From: Candidatus Bathyarchaeota archaeon
GTDB lineage: Archaea; Thermoproteota; Bathyarchaeia; Bathyarchaeales; Bathycorpusculaceae
Assembly (NCBI GenBank): GCA_963806535.1
Contig: CAWDYC010000007.1
Coordinates: forward strand, 128,001-192,000
Length of the DNA stretch: 64,000 nucleotides
Direction: 5' to 3'
In this document: positions 63,767-64,000 of the stretch, piece after piece
Layout: each line of letters opens with the position of its first letter
Numbering within the stretch: position 1 is the first letter of the stretch
The notes under the pieces: model-generated
The model's database searches: none
What the model saw: the letters and a program-made list of their open reading frames with translations, nothing else
What the model was told of the DNA's origin: nothing
Made by a program: the position numbers and the translations under genes

Positions 63767-64000
63767 TGAAACAATTCCTTTAATGGGATTTTATATTCAC
63801 CTAGTTTACCGCCGTAGTTACCAGCGGAAACCTTCACTACACCATCGATGCTTAAAACGGCTTCGATACCAACTTTAGTAGCTTTTTTAACTACGTCTAA
63901 TGAGACACCATCATAGACTATTTCCGCTATGTACTCCACTCCTTCGGGAACAAGAGATTCTTTGCCAAGCCGTTTCTTAAGAGAAGGACAATAAAGATGA
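63763..64000 (-). CDS. ftr: Formylmethanofuran--H4MPT formyltransferase (Ftr) homolog, C-terminal part
   Basis: Manual translation: YCPSLK...EIVYDGVS...KVSAGNYGGKLG. Confidence 0.85.
   Translation of the reverse strand, partial: HLYCPSLKKRLGKESLVPEGVEYIAEIVYDGVSLDVVKKATKVGIEAVLSIDGVVKVSAGNYGGKLGEYKIPLKELFQ

Overview
Archaeal chromosomal segment, most likely Bathyarchaeia (TACK). This is inferred from gene content: large secreted beta-propeller proteins ending LRKRP, Topo VI, thermosome, SMC-ScpAB and an ftr homolog. Left part: a PPK2 gene, a fluoride-riboswitch-controlled crcB/DUF190 operon, and the eno-rps2-MEMO-mvk-...-ipk-fni-idsA-gltX superoperon, which here contains the archaeal (anhydromevalonate-phosphate) mevalonate-pathway steps from MVA to GGPP, then srp19, rps8e and smc-scpA-scpB. 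Middle: an accessory region with two paralogous surface proteins, each flanked by a conserved non-coding element, plus TrmB regulators, an orphan RnfD and an inactive RadA-like/small helical protein pair. Right part: aIF5B, thermosome, tRNA-Thr(CGU) with a non-canonical T/D loop, thiL, trmY, a pilin / coiled-coil / Roadblock-DPBB / Roadblock cluster, cgi121, ABCE1, top6AB, tRNA-Gly(CCC), purMSLQ, a PfkB kinase and a partial ftr. Many essential genes carry frameshifts, probably long-read or consensus errors. Best leads: the Roadblock-pilin module, the riboswitch with an apparent SD-sequestering platform, the duplicated structured non-coding element, and several unannotated micro-ORFs. All family assignments come from motif recognition by eye; no database searches were run.
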